Below, piece after piece: positions 18,860 through 28,517 of a stretch of 53,935 bases of DNA. The notes beneath the pieces are model-generated. The model did no database searches, was not told the DNA's origin, and saw only the letters and a list, made by a program, of their open reading frames with translations. Source of the DNA: Candidatus Hydrogenedentota bacterium (GTDB taxonomy: Bacteria; Hydrogenedentota; Hydrogenedentia; Hydrogenedentales; GCA-2746185). The translations under genes were made by a program, and so were the position numbers. Positions within the stretch are counted from its first letter, which is position 1. Each line of letters opens with the position of its first letter. The stretch lies in the NCBI GenBank assembly GCA_046583315.1, contig JAYGCN010000317.1, forward strand, positions 1 to 53,935, given 5' to 3'.

Positions 18860-19238
18860 GTTAATCCTCGAAATAATTCTCTAATCAGTATTTCGTCTTG
18901 GCTTTGGGATATCTAAGAGGGTTGTCGAGCGCTCAAGGGTGACGAAAACGTCGAGCAGACCAGAATGAATAGTATGACAGAAAACATTGAAGGAGTGTTA
19001 GTTCGTTACTCGACCGATGTATTTTCAGAGAATCGTAATGAGGGCCCGTGAAGTCCGTAGATACGCCATTCCATTTGAGACGCGCGATCTTCTCCGAATT
19101 TCTGTGGCACAAATATGGCAGGCTTGACCACGATAAAATAAGATAACCTAGGATAGTCCAAAACAAACGAAATACTCTGATCGCCCTATCCAGATTGTCC
19201 CCACGTATCGTCGGATATCCTCGCTTATCACACACCAG

Positions 19239-19293
19239 GGTCTTGAAAATCGGCGCCTTCGGTCTTGCTGTTTAACTCCCTCATGCACCGCCG
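19239..19293 (+). pseudogene. Decayed 3' portion of a tRNA-Ser(UGA)-like gene
   Basis: GGTCTTGAAAATCGGCG resembles the Ser-UGA anticodon arm (loop CTTGAAA). A variable-arm-like stretch, degenerate T-loop TTTAACT, CCCTC, ATGCACC and G-CCG follow in tRNA register. The 5' half is absent and the T stem does not pair. Confidence 0.5.
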
Positions 19294-19456
19294 TTTTTCT
19301 TGGCTCTTTCACACGAATTCCCGGAAGAAAAGAAGCCTCGTCAGGCTATTTCTTCACCAAGAAAGTCCCTGTGTCTTATCTTTGCCACAAAGTAGTATCA
19401 TCGCAACGAATAATTTGCACTGAAAATACTCTATGAGCCTCAAGGATTCCGATAAA

Positions 19457-20905
19457 ATGAAACAACTCTCTGCTTTGTTCCGCCACTATCTGTCTACCCT
19501 CATACTTTTCATCGGCTTGTTGACGGGACTCGTCGCCTACGCCGCGCCGGCTGATGCGCCATGGATCTTCATTGAAGGTTACGCTGGACAACTGAGCGTT
19601 GCACCGGGTGAAGAAGTAACCCTTCACGTCTCAACGAGCGTTACGAAATATGATGTCGAAATTACGCGATTAGGTGCCAAAACCGAGTCGGTGTGGACTC
19701 TGAACGATGCGCCCGGACACGCATACCCTGTACCCGAGAACGCATCGTCGCATGGAGCTCAATGGCCCGAATCATTTCGAGTTACCATTCCCCATGAGTG
19801 GCGTAGCGGTTATTATCAGGTTACGCTCCGCGCGGAGGTTAAAGGCGGAAAATTTGCCGGGCGTGGTCGGCGTACTGCGGAATCGACTTGCTACTTCATC
19901 GTGCGCTCTGCAACTCCTGGGAAGGACACGAACATTCTTCTGCAACTGGCGACGAACACTTACAATGCCTACAACAATTGGGGTGGCTCCAGCCTCTATG
20001 CCTACAATGGCCGAGGGGGTATCCAAGGCAATCGCGTCTCCTTCGACCGTCCACCGATAAGTCAGTTCGGCACGTGGGAACTTCCTTTTGTGCGATGGGC
20101 CGAGCGCAACGGATACACGATTGATTACGCTGCCAACTCGGACCTCGAATTTCGCCCGGAACTTTTACAGCAATACCGGCTCGTGTTAAGTGTGGGACAC
20201 GATGAATATTGGTCTGCGCCGATGCGGGACCATCTGGAAGCATTCATCGCCAAAGGCGGTAACGTCGCATTCTTCAGTGGTAATACCGCATGCTGGCAGG
20301 TGCGCAGTGAGGACGATGGACGTGCATTAATCTGCTGGAAACAGAACTACCACGCGGATCCCGTCTACGCTACAGGCGACCACAGTCTGCTTACGTCACT
20401 GTGGAGTCACCATCTCGTGAAGCGTCCGGAGAACGAGCTCACTGGCGTCGGATTTTTATGGGGCGGCTATCATTTGAGTCACGGACAAGTTATGGACGGC
20501 ACTGGCGCGTACACGGTACATCGTCCAGACCATTGGATCTTTGAAGGCACTGGACTGAAACGAGACGACACGTTTGGAAGCAAGAACACCATCGTCGGTT
20601 ACGAGTGTGATGGTGCGGAGCTCGAATGGCGTGACGGCCTGCCCTATCCAACCTTCCGGGACGGTACACCCGAATCGTTCACCGTACTCGGCACCGCGCC
20701 TACGCGCTGGGCTCCTGACGACAGCGAGTGGTACGAAAGATGGGAAAAGGGGCGCACTGGCGCGGCCACTCTAGGGCTGTATACGAGGCCGGGTGGAGGC
20801 ACGGTCTTTACAGCAGCCACCACTGACTGGGCGCACGGTTTGCGCGGCGGGGATCCGGAAGCAGAACGTATAACGAAGAATATCCTGGACCGCTTGGCGA
20901 AATAA
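19457..20905 (+). CDS. Secreted N,N-dimethylformamidase beta-subunit family (DUF6605-like) protein
   Basis: Signal peptide; IEGYAGQLSVAPGE, TYNAYNNWGGSSLY, VSFDRP, LSVGHDEYWS, GGNVAFFSGN, VGYECD, VFTAATTDW. Confidence 0.85.
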   Translation: MKQLSALFRHYLSTLILFIGLLTGLVAYAAPADAPWIFIEGYAGQLSVAPGEEVTLHVSTSVTKYDVEITRLGAKTESVWTLNDAPGHAYPVPENASSHGAQWPESFRVTIPHEWRSGYYQVTLRAEVKGGKFAGRGRRTAESTCYFIVRSATPGKDTNILLQLATNTYNAYNNWGGSSLYAYNGRGGIQGNRVSFDRPPISQFGTWELPFVRWAERNGYTIDYAANSDLEFRPELLQQYRLVLSVGHDEYWSAPMRDHLEAFIAKGGNVAFFSGNTACWQVRSEDDGRALICWKQNYHADPVYATGDHSLLTSLWSHHLVKRPENELTGVGFLWGGYHLSHGQVMDGTGAYTVHRPDHWIFEGTGLKRDDTFGSKNTIVGYECDGAELEWRDGLPYPTFRDGTPESFTVLGTAPTRWAPDDSEWYERWEKGRTGAATLGLYTRPGGGTVFTAATTDWAHGLRGGDPEAERITKNILDRLAK

Positions 20906-20908
20906 GCC

Positions 20909-20953
20909 ATGCGAGAGAAACTCGGCGGACTTATCACAGGGTACTATCGGGAC
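20909..20953 (+). pseudogene. Tiny C-terminal remnant of the same rve-type transposase family
   Basis: Translates REKLGGLITGYYRD, versus REQLGGIIKDYYRE in copy 1. Begins 3 nt after the upstream stop. Confidence 0.55.
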
Positions 20954-21010
20954 TGGCAGTCTTTAGATACGCAACAAACTGATTCTCACCCGAATACCCT
21001 GCCAATCAGC
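20954..21010. repeat. tRNA-3'-end-like putative att site, copy C (inverted, degenerate)
   Basis: The reverse complement of 20954-20993 is 30/40 identical to copy B and ends GCCA. It is followed by ATACCCTGCCAATCAG, a decayed form of the ATTCCCTGCTAACAG arm. Confidence 0.65.
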
Positions 21011-21134
21011 AAAACCAACTCCAGATTGAAGATCTACTTCGCATTGGGTACACTGTTTATTCGACGTAACGTTTACGTGCGTAACGTCATTCTGAAGCCT
21101 GAAAACCCCCGAGCCGCCGAACGGAGTCCGATTT

Positions 21135-23141
21135 ATGCACGCATTTTTCAAGACAACATTACTCACCTTGTTCCTCGCGGTCACTGCCCAATCCAGCATG
21201 GCGCAGGACGCTGAGTGGCCTCACTTTGGCGGCAATGGAGCCAATAACAAATACTCCCCACTCGACCAGATTACGCGTGACAATTTCGAAGATCTGAAAA
21301 TCGCCTGGCGCTGGGAATCCATCGACGCTAAAGTCACCAACGAACACTCCAGAGTCCAGGCCGGGCAGTTCAAAGATACTCCGTTGGTTGTGGACGGTAT
21401 CGCGTATGTCGTCACCGCCGTCAATCAGCTCGTAGCGATCAACGCCAAAACAGGCGAAACAATCTGGGAATACGATCCACAAAGTTATCTCGCAGGACGT
21501 CCCGCAAACATCGGGTGGCAACACCGCGGCATCGAATATTGGCGTGACGGCGACGATGCCAGAATCATTTCTGCTACACAAGACCGTAAACTCATCGCCC
21601 TCGATGCAGAGACCGGTAAACCCGTGCCCAGTTTTGGCGACAACGGCGTAGTCGACCTCATGCCTTCACTAGGGCCAGGCGTCCAGGCACGGTACATGAC
21701 ACACACCTCTCCCCCGGCCGTCTGTAACGACACCATCATCGTAGGTTCGATCATTTTCGATCGCCCCACGATCAAAACCGGCGCACCGGGCCACGTGCGC
21801 GGATTTGATGTGCGGACCGGAGAGCTGAAATGGGTTTTCCACACCATCCCTAAGAAAGGCGAATTCGGATACGACACCTGGGAAGACGGATCGGCCGAAT
21901 ACACGGGCGCTGCGAACGTCTGGTCGATGTTCGCCGTCGACGAAAAACTCGATTACGTCTACCTGCCCACAAGCACACCCACCAATGACTTCTACGGCGG
22001 GCACCGTCCCGGCGACAACCTGTTTGCCGAAAGCATCGTGTGCCTCAACGCCGACACCGGCAAGCGCGTCTGGCATTTTCAGGCGGTGCACCACGGCTTA
22101 TGGGATTACGATTTCCCGACGGCAGCCAACCTGCTTGACGTTACAATAGACGGCAAAAAAGTCCCAATTCTCGCGCAAATCAGCAAACAAGCCTTCACCT
22201 ACGTATTCAATCGTGAAACCGGCGAACCGATCTGGCCCATCGAGGAACGCCCCGTCCCACAAAGCACCGTGCCCGGCGAGAAGGCCTCTCCAACGCAACC
22301 CTTTCCCACCAAACCCGCTCCATTCGACCAACAAGGCTTCACCGAAGATGACGTGATGGACTTCACGCCGGAACTAAAAAAGAGAGCCTTGAAACTTTTA
22401 GAGAACTATCAACTGGGCCCTTTGTTTTTGCCACCCCCACTTGCGACTGAAAGCTCCGGAGCCATTCAAATGCCTGGCGATGGTGGTGGTGCCAACTGGA
22501 AGGGCGCTGCAGTCGATCCCGAAACAGGAATCATCTACATTCCCTCTTCCACGTCACCCTCAGCCCTGACCTTGGCCCCACCCGATCCCAATCGCTCCGA
22601 TTTTCGTTACCTCCAGACCGGGCTGTTCGGCAACATGCCGAGAATGGGTGGACTTCCTTTGAACAAACCCCCATACGCACGCGTCACCGCCATCGATCTG
22701 AATACCGGCGATCACGTTTGGATGACACCCAACGGCTGGGGACCTGTCGACCATCGCGCGTTGAAGGATTTGAATGTCGGTCCTCTGGGACAAAGCCGAG
22801 GCGGCCCGCTGGTCACGAAGACGCTCCTTTTTGTTACACAGAATCGCGGATTCGGCGATAAGAACTCGCCACGCATCAACGTGTTCGACAAAGCCGACGG
22901 CGAATTGCTCGGCCATATTCCGCTCCCCGAAAACCCATACGGAAACCCGGTCACTTACTCGATTGACGGCGTGCAATACCTCGCCATCGCGGTCGGTGGC
23001 GGCCCATACATGACCGGAATGGATCTCATCGCCTTTGAAGACACCACCATATCAAAAGAGATGTTCGCAGCAATCAAAGCGTCCCGAAACAGTGGTGGTG
23101 GAACCAAAGCCGAATTGATCGTGTTTCGATTACCAAAATAA
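21135..23141 (+). CDS. PQQ-dependent dehydrogenase (soluble quinoprotein glucose dehydrogenase-like)
   Basis: Signal peptide; EWPHFGG...KYSPLDQIT, TPLVVDG, GAANVWS, WHFQAVHHGLWDYD, GGANW, YSIDGVQYLAIAVGG. Confidence 0.92.
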   Translation: MHAFFKTTLLTLFLAVTAQSSMAQDAEWPHFGGNGANNKYSPLDQITRDNFEDLKIAWRWESIDAKVTNEHSRVQAGQFKDTPLVVDGIAYVVTAVNQLVAINAKTGETIWEYDPQSYLAGRPANIGWQHRGIEYWRDGDDARIISATQDRKLIALDAETGKPVPSFGDNGVVDLMPSLGPGVQARYMTHTSPPAVCNDTIIVGSIIFDRPTIKTGAPGHVRGFDVRTGELKWVFHTIPKKGEFGYDTWEDGSAEYTGAANVWSMFAVDEKLDYVYLPTSTPTNDFYGGHRPGDNLFAESIVCLNADTGKRVWHFQAVHHGLWDYDFPTAANLLDVTIDGKKVPILAQISKQAFTYVFNRETGEPIWPIEERPVPQSTVPGEKASPTQPFPTKPAPFDQQGFTEDDVMDFTPELKKRALKLLENYQLGPLFLPPPLATESSGAIQMPGDGGGANWKGAAVDPETGIIYIPSSTSPSALTLAPPDPNRSDFRYLQTGLFGNMPRMGGLPLNKPPYARVTAIDLNTGDHVWMTPNGWGPVDHRALKDLNVGPLGQSRGGPLVTKTLLFVTQNRGFGDKNSPRINVFDKADGELLGHIPLPENPYGNPVTYSIDGVQYLAIAVGGGPYMTGMDLIAFEDTTISKEMFAAIKASRNSGGGTKAELIVFRLPK

Positions 23142-23163
23142 GTGAACGAGGAAAGGTGACCCA

Positions 23164-24369
23164 ATGAGCGAGAAGGCGGGACTATTTTCAGAGTTGCGGG
23201 TAGTTGAAGTCGCCTCTTTTTTTATGGCACCGTCGGCAGGAACGATTCTCGCCGATTTCGGTGCCGAAGTCATTAAAGTCGAGTCGCCAGATGGTGACGT
23301 GCTGCGTCGACTCCACACGAACAAGGGCATGCCGGAATCGGATGTCGAATATTGCCACGAAATGATCAACCGCAACAAAAAAAGCATCGCCTTGGATCTG
23401 AAACAACCGAAGGCGGCTGATGCGCTGCGCAAACTCATCGCAACGGCCGACATATTCATCACCAATTATCGACCCCAGGCGCGCGCGCGACTCAAGATTG
23501 CCTACGAGGACGTACGCCAAATGAATCCGGGCATCATTTATGCCTCTGGATCGGGTTATGGAGAAACGGGACCCGATGTCAATCAGCCCGGCTTCGATCA
23601 CATCTGCTACTGGACGCGATCGGGACTGGAGACATCAATTTTCCCCGTCGACGGATGGCTGGGAACCTGGCCGCCGGCAATGGGCGACAATCCAACCGGC
23701 ATGGCGCTGCTCTCCGGAATCCTGGGTGCCCTTTATCGGCGCGAAAAAACAGGTGAAGGCGGCGAAGTCTCCACCAATCTTCTCGCCAACGGCGTATGGG
23801 CAAATTCCTGCATGATTCAAGCGCAACTAAGCGGCGCGACATTTCTCGACAGACAACCCCGCGCCCGTGCCTACAACTTCACGGCCTTGCACTATCGCAC
23901 ACGAGACGACATGCTCATCAAGTTGTGCGTAGCCGAAGCGGAACGGGATTGGCCAAAGGTTTGCGCGGCGATGGAGTTTCCCGAGCTGATGAAGGACGCG
24001 CGCTTTGAAACCATGGAAGCGCGCGTCGACAACATGGCCAGACTCATCCAGATTATCGACGAGCGATTCATGCAAAACAACCGTGAGTATTGGCTGCGTC
24101 GACTGGATGAACACGATGTCCCCCACTCAGCCGTCTCAAAATATGAAGACGTCACCAAAGACCCACAAATGGAAGCCATTGGCGTATTCACCACCTTCGA
24201 ACACCCCCGGCACGGCACCATGCGCACCGTCACCAACCCCATCACCATCGAAGGCGAAAACAAACCTATCCGAACTGCAGCACCCACACTAGGCCAACAC
24301 AGTGTCGAGGTACTAAAAGATCTTGGACTGGATGAATCCGAAATTGAGAGTGTTCTGAACCTCGATTAA
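23164..24369 (+). CDS. Family III CoA transferase (CaiB/BaiF)
   Basis: LADFGAEVIKVESPDGD, NRNKKSIALDLK, catalytic Asp in MGDNPTG, APTLGQHS. Confidence 0.93.
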   Translation: MSEKAGLFSELRVVEVASFFMAPSAGTILADFGAEVIKVESPDGDVLRRLHTNKGMPESDVEYCHEMINRNKKSIALDLKQPKAADALRKLIATADIFITNYRPQARARLKIAYEDVRQMNPGIIYASGSGYGETGPDVNQPGFDHICYWTRSGLETSIFPVDGWLGTWPPAMGDNPTGMALLSGILGALYRREKTGEGGEVSTNLLANGVWANSCMIQAQLSGATFLDRQPRARAYNFTALHYRTRDDMLIKLCVAEAERDWPKVCAAMEFPELMKDARFETMEARVDNMARLIQIIDERFMQNNREYWLRRLDEHDVPHSAVSKYEDVTKDPQMEAIGVFTTFEHPRHGTMRTVTNPITIEGENKPIRTAAPTLGQHSVEVLKDLGLDESEIESVLNLD

Positions 24370-24376
24370 GAGTACG

Positions 24377-27300
24377 CTAAATCTGATAGCCCTCAAAAAT
24401 GTCGCGCCCGCGATGGGCTGCCGGCTCAAGCAATTCTCGGCTGACCCACTCGCCGTGTCGCAAAAAATACGCGAGAAGACGGAAGTCGCTGAGTATCGCG
24501 AAGGTCACCGGAATGAAACACAGCGTCAGAATCGTCGCGAAGCCTACCCCGCATGCCAACGAAAGGGCCATCGGATTCAGCGGCTGTGCAGACAAGTCGG
24601 TCTCGATGATCATCGGCACCAACGCGCCAATGGTACTAATGGACGTGACCAAAATCGCACGAAAACGACGTATCCCGCCCATCGCGATCGCTTCCATCAC
24701 AGACACACCTTTGGAGAGCGACCGATTGATCGCTTCGATCATGACGATGGCGTCATTAACGACGACACCCGTCAACGCCATCATGCCGAATATCGAGAAC
24801 ATGACGACCTGCCAATCCAGTATCACGTGACCGAGTATGGCTCCAATCAAGCCGAAGGGAACGGTAATCATCACCAGCACGGGCTGCATATACGATCGGA
24901 AGATCGCCGCGATGATCACGAAAATAGCAACCATCGCAATAGGGAACAATTGCACAAGCGAACCGATCGACTCTTGAGAATCCTGCGAGCCGCCCTCGAG
25001 TGAGATTGAAACACCCGGGTTGTCCCGTTTCAAATCGCGAAAAAGTCCCGCCTGCAACTCACCCAAAATCACCGGACCATTGGCGAGTGAATCATCGACC
25101 TGCGCGGTAACGGTGATACGCCGACGTCCATCAGCCCGCTCAATTACGGCAGGACCCGCCCCGTAATAAGCATCCGCGACCGAGAATAACGGCACTTCGT
25201 ATCCCTGCGGTGTTCGAATGCGCACCGCCTCGAGATCACTCAGAGACGAGCGCTCATCGTCAGAATAACGCACCTTTATACGAATGTCATCGCGCCCGCG
25301 CTGAACCCGATCCGCCTCAAAGCCATAGAACCCGGCGTACACCTGTCGCGCAAGATCGTCAAGCGTCAAACCCAATGTTCTACCAGCAGGTTTCAACTCG
25401 ATTTCAATCTCTCGCTTGCCCGGACGAAAGCTATCTTGCACCTGATACACACCGGTATAGGAATTAAGCCTTTCCCGAATGGCTGCCGACACGTTTCGCA
25501 ATACATCCGTATCCGTTCCTTGTATCCACAACTCAATGGCCGCACCCCCCGGACCACTGTCCTCAGAATTGAAAGTCTGACTCAAGGCGCCGTTAATTTC
25601 GCCGACGTGTTTTTCCCATCCGGTCAAAATTTCCTGAGAGTGAATGGAACGATTGTTGCTGTGCTGAAGCTGAACGCGAATCGTTCCCGTATGCGTGCCC
25701 GCGCCACGTGCGTTGCCCTGTCCAACCACACTGAATACCTGCTCGATAAGGGGTTCGCCGATTTCCTTCGGCAACGACTCGACATACGCGACTAAGCCTG
25801 CTTCCGTTTCCAGAACTGCCTGCGCAGTCACTTCAGTCGACGTCCCCTTGGGGAATTCTATATTGGCGACCACCTGATTATCGTCCCAATCAGGGAACGG
25901 CGTGAAGCGTACATAACCCCCAAAAATTATCGCAACCGTCAAAATAACAATCCCCATCGCCACACACAGTGAAACGTATCGTTCGCGAATCAAGAGACGA
26001 ACGAAAGGGGTATACAGGGAATGCAGCGCGAAATCGAGTACCAACTCAATGCCAGCACGAACCTTCGCGCCTCCACTAAGCAAAGGATTACGACTGTTAC
26101 GTCTATCCTTCGGGGACGGAAGATTGGCCAGATGCGCAGGCAAGATAAACAAGGCCTCCAGCAACGACGTAACCAGCGCCCCGATCACTGCGACTGCCAT
26201 CGTCCCCATAAACTGACCCATAACACCGGAGACAAAAGCCAGCGGCAAGAAAGCGATGATGGTCGTCGTAACACCCGCAATCACCGGAAGGCCGACCTCA
26301 GTAAGTCCATTCACGGCGGCCATCAACGGACCGTCGCCGCCTTTTCGCCGCAGGTAGATAGCCTCGGCAATCACGATGGCATCGTCGACAACAATACCCA
26401 ACACCATAATCAGCCCAAAAAGCGTCACGCTGTTCAACGTCGCCCCTAGGAGCCACAAGAACGTCAACGATCCGCAGGTGGCGATAGGAATGCCCATGGC
26501 CACCCAAAAACTAAGGCGGCTGTTCAAGAAAAACCATATCGTCAGCACAACGAGCACCAACCCGATCATCCCGTTTTGCGCGGTGATACGCAAACGATCA
26601 TCAATGACAAGAGACCCATCCGCCCACGAAGTTAGATGAACCCCTTCAGGCAGCATCTGACTCTTGGTACGCGCGTACTCGTGACCGGCTTTCGCAATCG
26701 CAATAGCATCTTCTCCGGGCAACTTCGAAAGCGTAATCAGTACCGCCGGTTTACCGTTGAATCGCGCAATCACTTGATCCTCTGTGAAACTGTCACGAAT
26801 GGAAGCGATCTGGTTTAAGGTGATGAGCGTACCGTCCGTTTTGGTGACTACCACGATTCGACCGAGCTCAGCACCCGTATACTTGCGTCCGCTCACGCGA
26901 ATATTGATCTGCTCATTGGTCGTCCGCAACGTTCCGCCTGCGAGATTGACACTACCCTTATTGATAGCCTGCGTAACCTGCTCAAAGCTTATCCCGTACT
27001 TCTGGAGCGTATCCTCGTCGATTTCAATGGCGATCTCGTACTCACGTACACCCTGGATACTCACCTGCGATATGGCCGATGTCGCCTGTAACTCATCCTT
27101 AATGGTCTCCGCCATTTCCTTGCGGCTTCGCTCGTCCAAATCACCCCACAGCGTGATCAGCAGCGTCTGTCGCTGAAAAAGTGCTTCTGACACAATCGGC
27201 CGCTCAGCCAGAGCCGGAAAAGTGGAAATGCTGTCGACCGCGTTCTCGACGAGATCCTTCGCTTTGGCCATATCAAAGCCGTCACGAATTTCGATGTTCG

Positions 27301-27616
27301 CCACCGCCTGATTTTCCATCGATATCGTCGTGTAACGCTTGACCCCTTCGAGTCCGTCGATGGCTTCCTCAAGTTTCTGAGCAATACCATTCTCGACCTC
27401 TTCTACATCTGCGCCCGGATAGATGACCGTCACGCTGATGCTGGTCGGTTTGATTTCAGGAAAGGATTCACGCACCATCGACAATGCAGCAATCCCGCCG
27501 GACAGGAATATGATCACCACCAACAGGTTGGCCAGTACATGGTGATTGATGATCGTTCCGATGATACGTTGCACGCGGGAGAAGCCTTTATTGGGGAATT
27601 CAGGGGTGAGCATCAT
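24377..27616 (-). CDS. RND efflux permease (AcrB/AcrD/AcrF family)
   Basis: 1079 aa; YPGADVEEVE, GIVVDDAIVIAE, GVVVNDAIVMI, RFRAILVTSISTIGALVP. Confidence 0.93.
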   Translation of the reverse strand: MMLTPEFPNKGFSRVQRIIGTIINHHVLANLLVVIIFLSGGIAALSMVRESFPEIKPTSISVTVIYPGADVEEVENGIAQKLEEAIDGLEGVKRYTTISMENQAVANIEIRDGFDMAKAKDLVENAVDSISTFPALAERPIVSEALFQRQTLLITLWGDLDERSRKEMAETIKDELQATSAISQVSIQGVREYEIAIEIDEDTLQKYGISFEQVTQAINKGSVNLAGGTLRTTNEQINIRVSGRKYTGAELGRIVVVTKTDGTLITLNQIASIRDSFTEDQVIARFNGKPAVLITLSKLPGEDAIAIAKAGHEYARTKSQMLPEGVHLTSWADGSLVIDDRLRITAQNGMIGLVLVVLTIWFFLNSRLSFWVAMGIPIATCGSLTFLWLLGATLNSVTLFGLIMVLGIVVDDAIVIAEAIYLRRKGGDGPLMAAVNGLTEVGLPVIAGVTTTIIAFLPLAFVSGVMGQFMGTMAVAVIGALVTSLLEALFILPAHLANLPSPKDRRNSRNPLLSGGAKVRAGIELVLDFALHSLYTPFVRLLIRERYVSLCVAMGIVILTVAIIFGGYVRFTPFPDWDDNQVVANIEFPKGTSTEVTAQAVLETEAGLVAYVESLPKEIGEPLIEQVFSVVGQGNARGAGTHTGTIRVQLQHSNNRSIHSQEILTGWEKHVGEINGALSQTFNSEDSGPGGAAIELWIQGTDTDVLRNVSAAIRERLNSYTGVYQVQDSFRPGKREIEIELKPAGRTLGLTLDDLARQVYAGFYGFEADRVQRGRDDIRIKVRYSDDERSSLSDLEAVRIRTPQGYEVPLFSVADAYYGAGPAVIERADGRRRITVTAQVDDSLANGPVILGELQAGLFRDLKRDNPGVSISLEGGSQDSQESIGSLVQLFPIAMVAIFVIIAAIFRSYMQPVLVMITVPFGLIGAILGHVILDWQVVMFSIFGMMALTGVVVNDAIVMIEAINRSLSKGVSVMEAIAMGGIRRFRAILVTSISTIGALVPMIIETDLSAQPLNPMALSLACGVGFATILTLCFIPVTFAILSDFRLLAYFLRHGEWVSRELLEPAAHRGRDIFEGYQI

Positions 27617-27682
27617 AACAGATTTGCACGATGCTCATGAACTGTAACCCCTATAGACAGGGATTGTTCCTAACCCAAGAAG

Positions 27683-28504
27683 CTACTTCGTCGCGTTGAT
27701 TCGCTGCACGAACCTTACGAGTAAAGGTTGCGCGGGTTTCGACATTCTACCGTGATCGAAACCTTCAAGTTCGTACAATTCCGCATCCGGATGACCCACG
27801 ACCTGCAGCATCCGCCAGAAATACGCAGTTTCCTCATAACGCCCCAACATTTCCAAATCGCGATCACCCGTAATAAACAACACCGGCGGCGCATCCTTTC
27901 GCGTGTGAAACAAGGGCGCAAGATCATCAACAATCGGCTGCGTATCCTTGATGCCGCGTTCGGCCCGTGGCGTGAAATGGGTGACTGTGTGCCCGCTAAA
28001 CGGAATCAAGCCCGCGATGTCATCCGCATCGACGTCATGTGCCGCCAACCACCGCTTGTCGAAGCCGAGCATGCTCGTAAGATAACCGCCGGCCGACATT
28101 CCCGCGACGAAAATGCGATTCCTGGAGCCACCATAGTTCTCAATATTTTGAAACGTCCACGCCACGGCGGCCGCAGCATCCTCAATGTACGCGGGCGATT
28201 TCACGCGAGGACTCAATCGATAATTCACGGCTACGACGGCCATACCCTGGTCTCTCAATCCTTCCGGTACTGACTTACTCCCTGCCCGCAAACCGCCCCC
28301 GTGAAACCAAACCACCGTCGGAAACTCGTTCGCGCCTTTCGGGTAATAGACATCCAGTCGACACCGTTTTTCCATGTAATCAGTCGAATTCTTGCCTTGC
28401 CGATATAGAATATTTTTATCGGTTTCATAATCTTGCGCCATGGCCGGAAACGCCGACACGCACATGATCACGGCCACCATAAAACCTGAAACTCGCAGTG
28501 TCAT
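27683..28504 (-). CDS. Secreted alpha/beta hydrolase (HSL-type esterase/lipase)
   Basis: Signal peptide, WFHGGGL, VNYRLSP, GMSAGG nucleophile elbow, GDRD, GFDH. Confidence 0.9.
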   Translation of the reverse strand: MTLRVSGFMVAVIMCVSAFPAMAQDYETDKNILYRQGKNSTDYMEKRCRLDVYYPKGANEFPTVVWFHGGGLRAGSKSVPEGLRDQGMAVVAVNYRLSPRVKSPAYIEDAAAAVAWTFQNIENYGGSRNRIFVAGMSAGGYLTSMLGFDKRWLAAHDVDADDIAGLIPFSGHTVTHFTPRAERGIKDTQPIVDDLAPLFHTRKDAPPVLFITGDRDLEMLGRYEETAYFWRMLQVVGHPDAELYELEGFDHGRMSKPAQPLLVRFVQRINATK

Positions 28505-28517
28505 TTAGTTCTCTCCA

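Noticed and set aside
18933..19235. 100-aa ORF between ndh and the tRNA relic
   Set aside because: No RBS, motif or coding-like composition; treated as non-coding or decayed DNA.
13053..21010. CRISPR array or integron attC array
   Set aside because: Repeats are kb apart and irregular, with no cas or intI genes and no RYYYAAC...GTTRRRY attC structure recognised.
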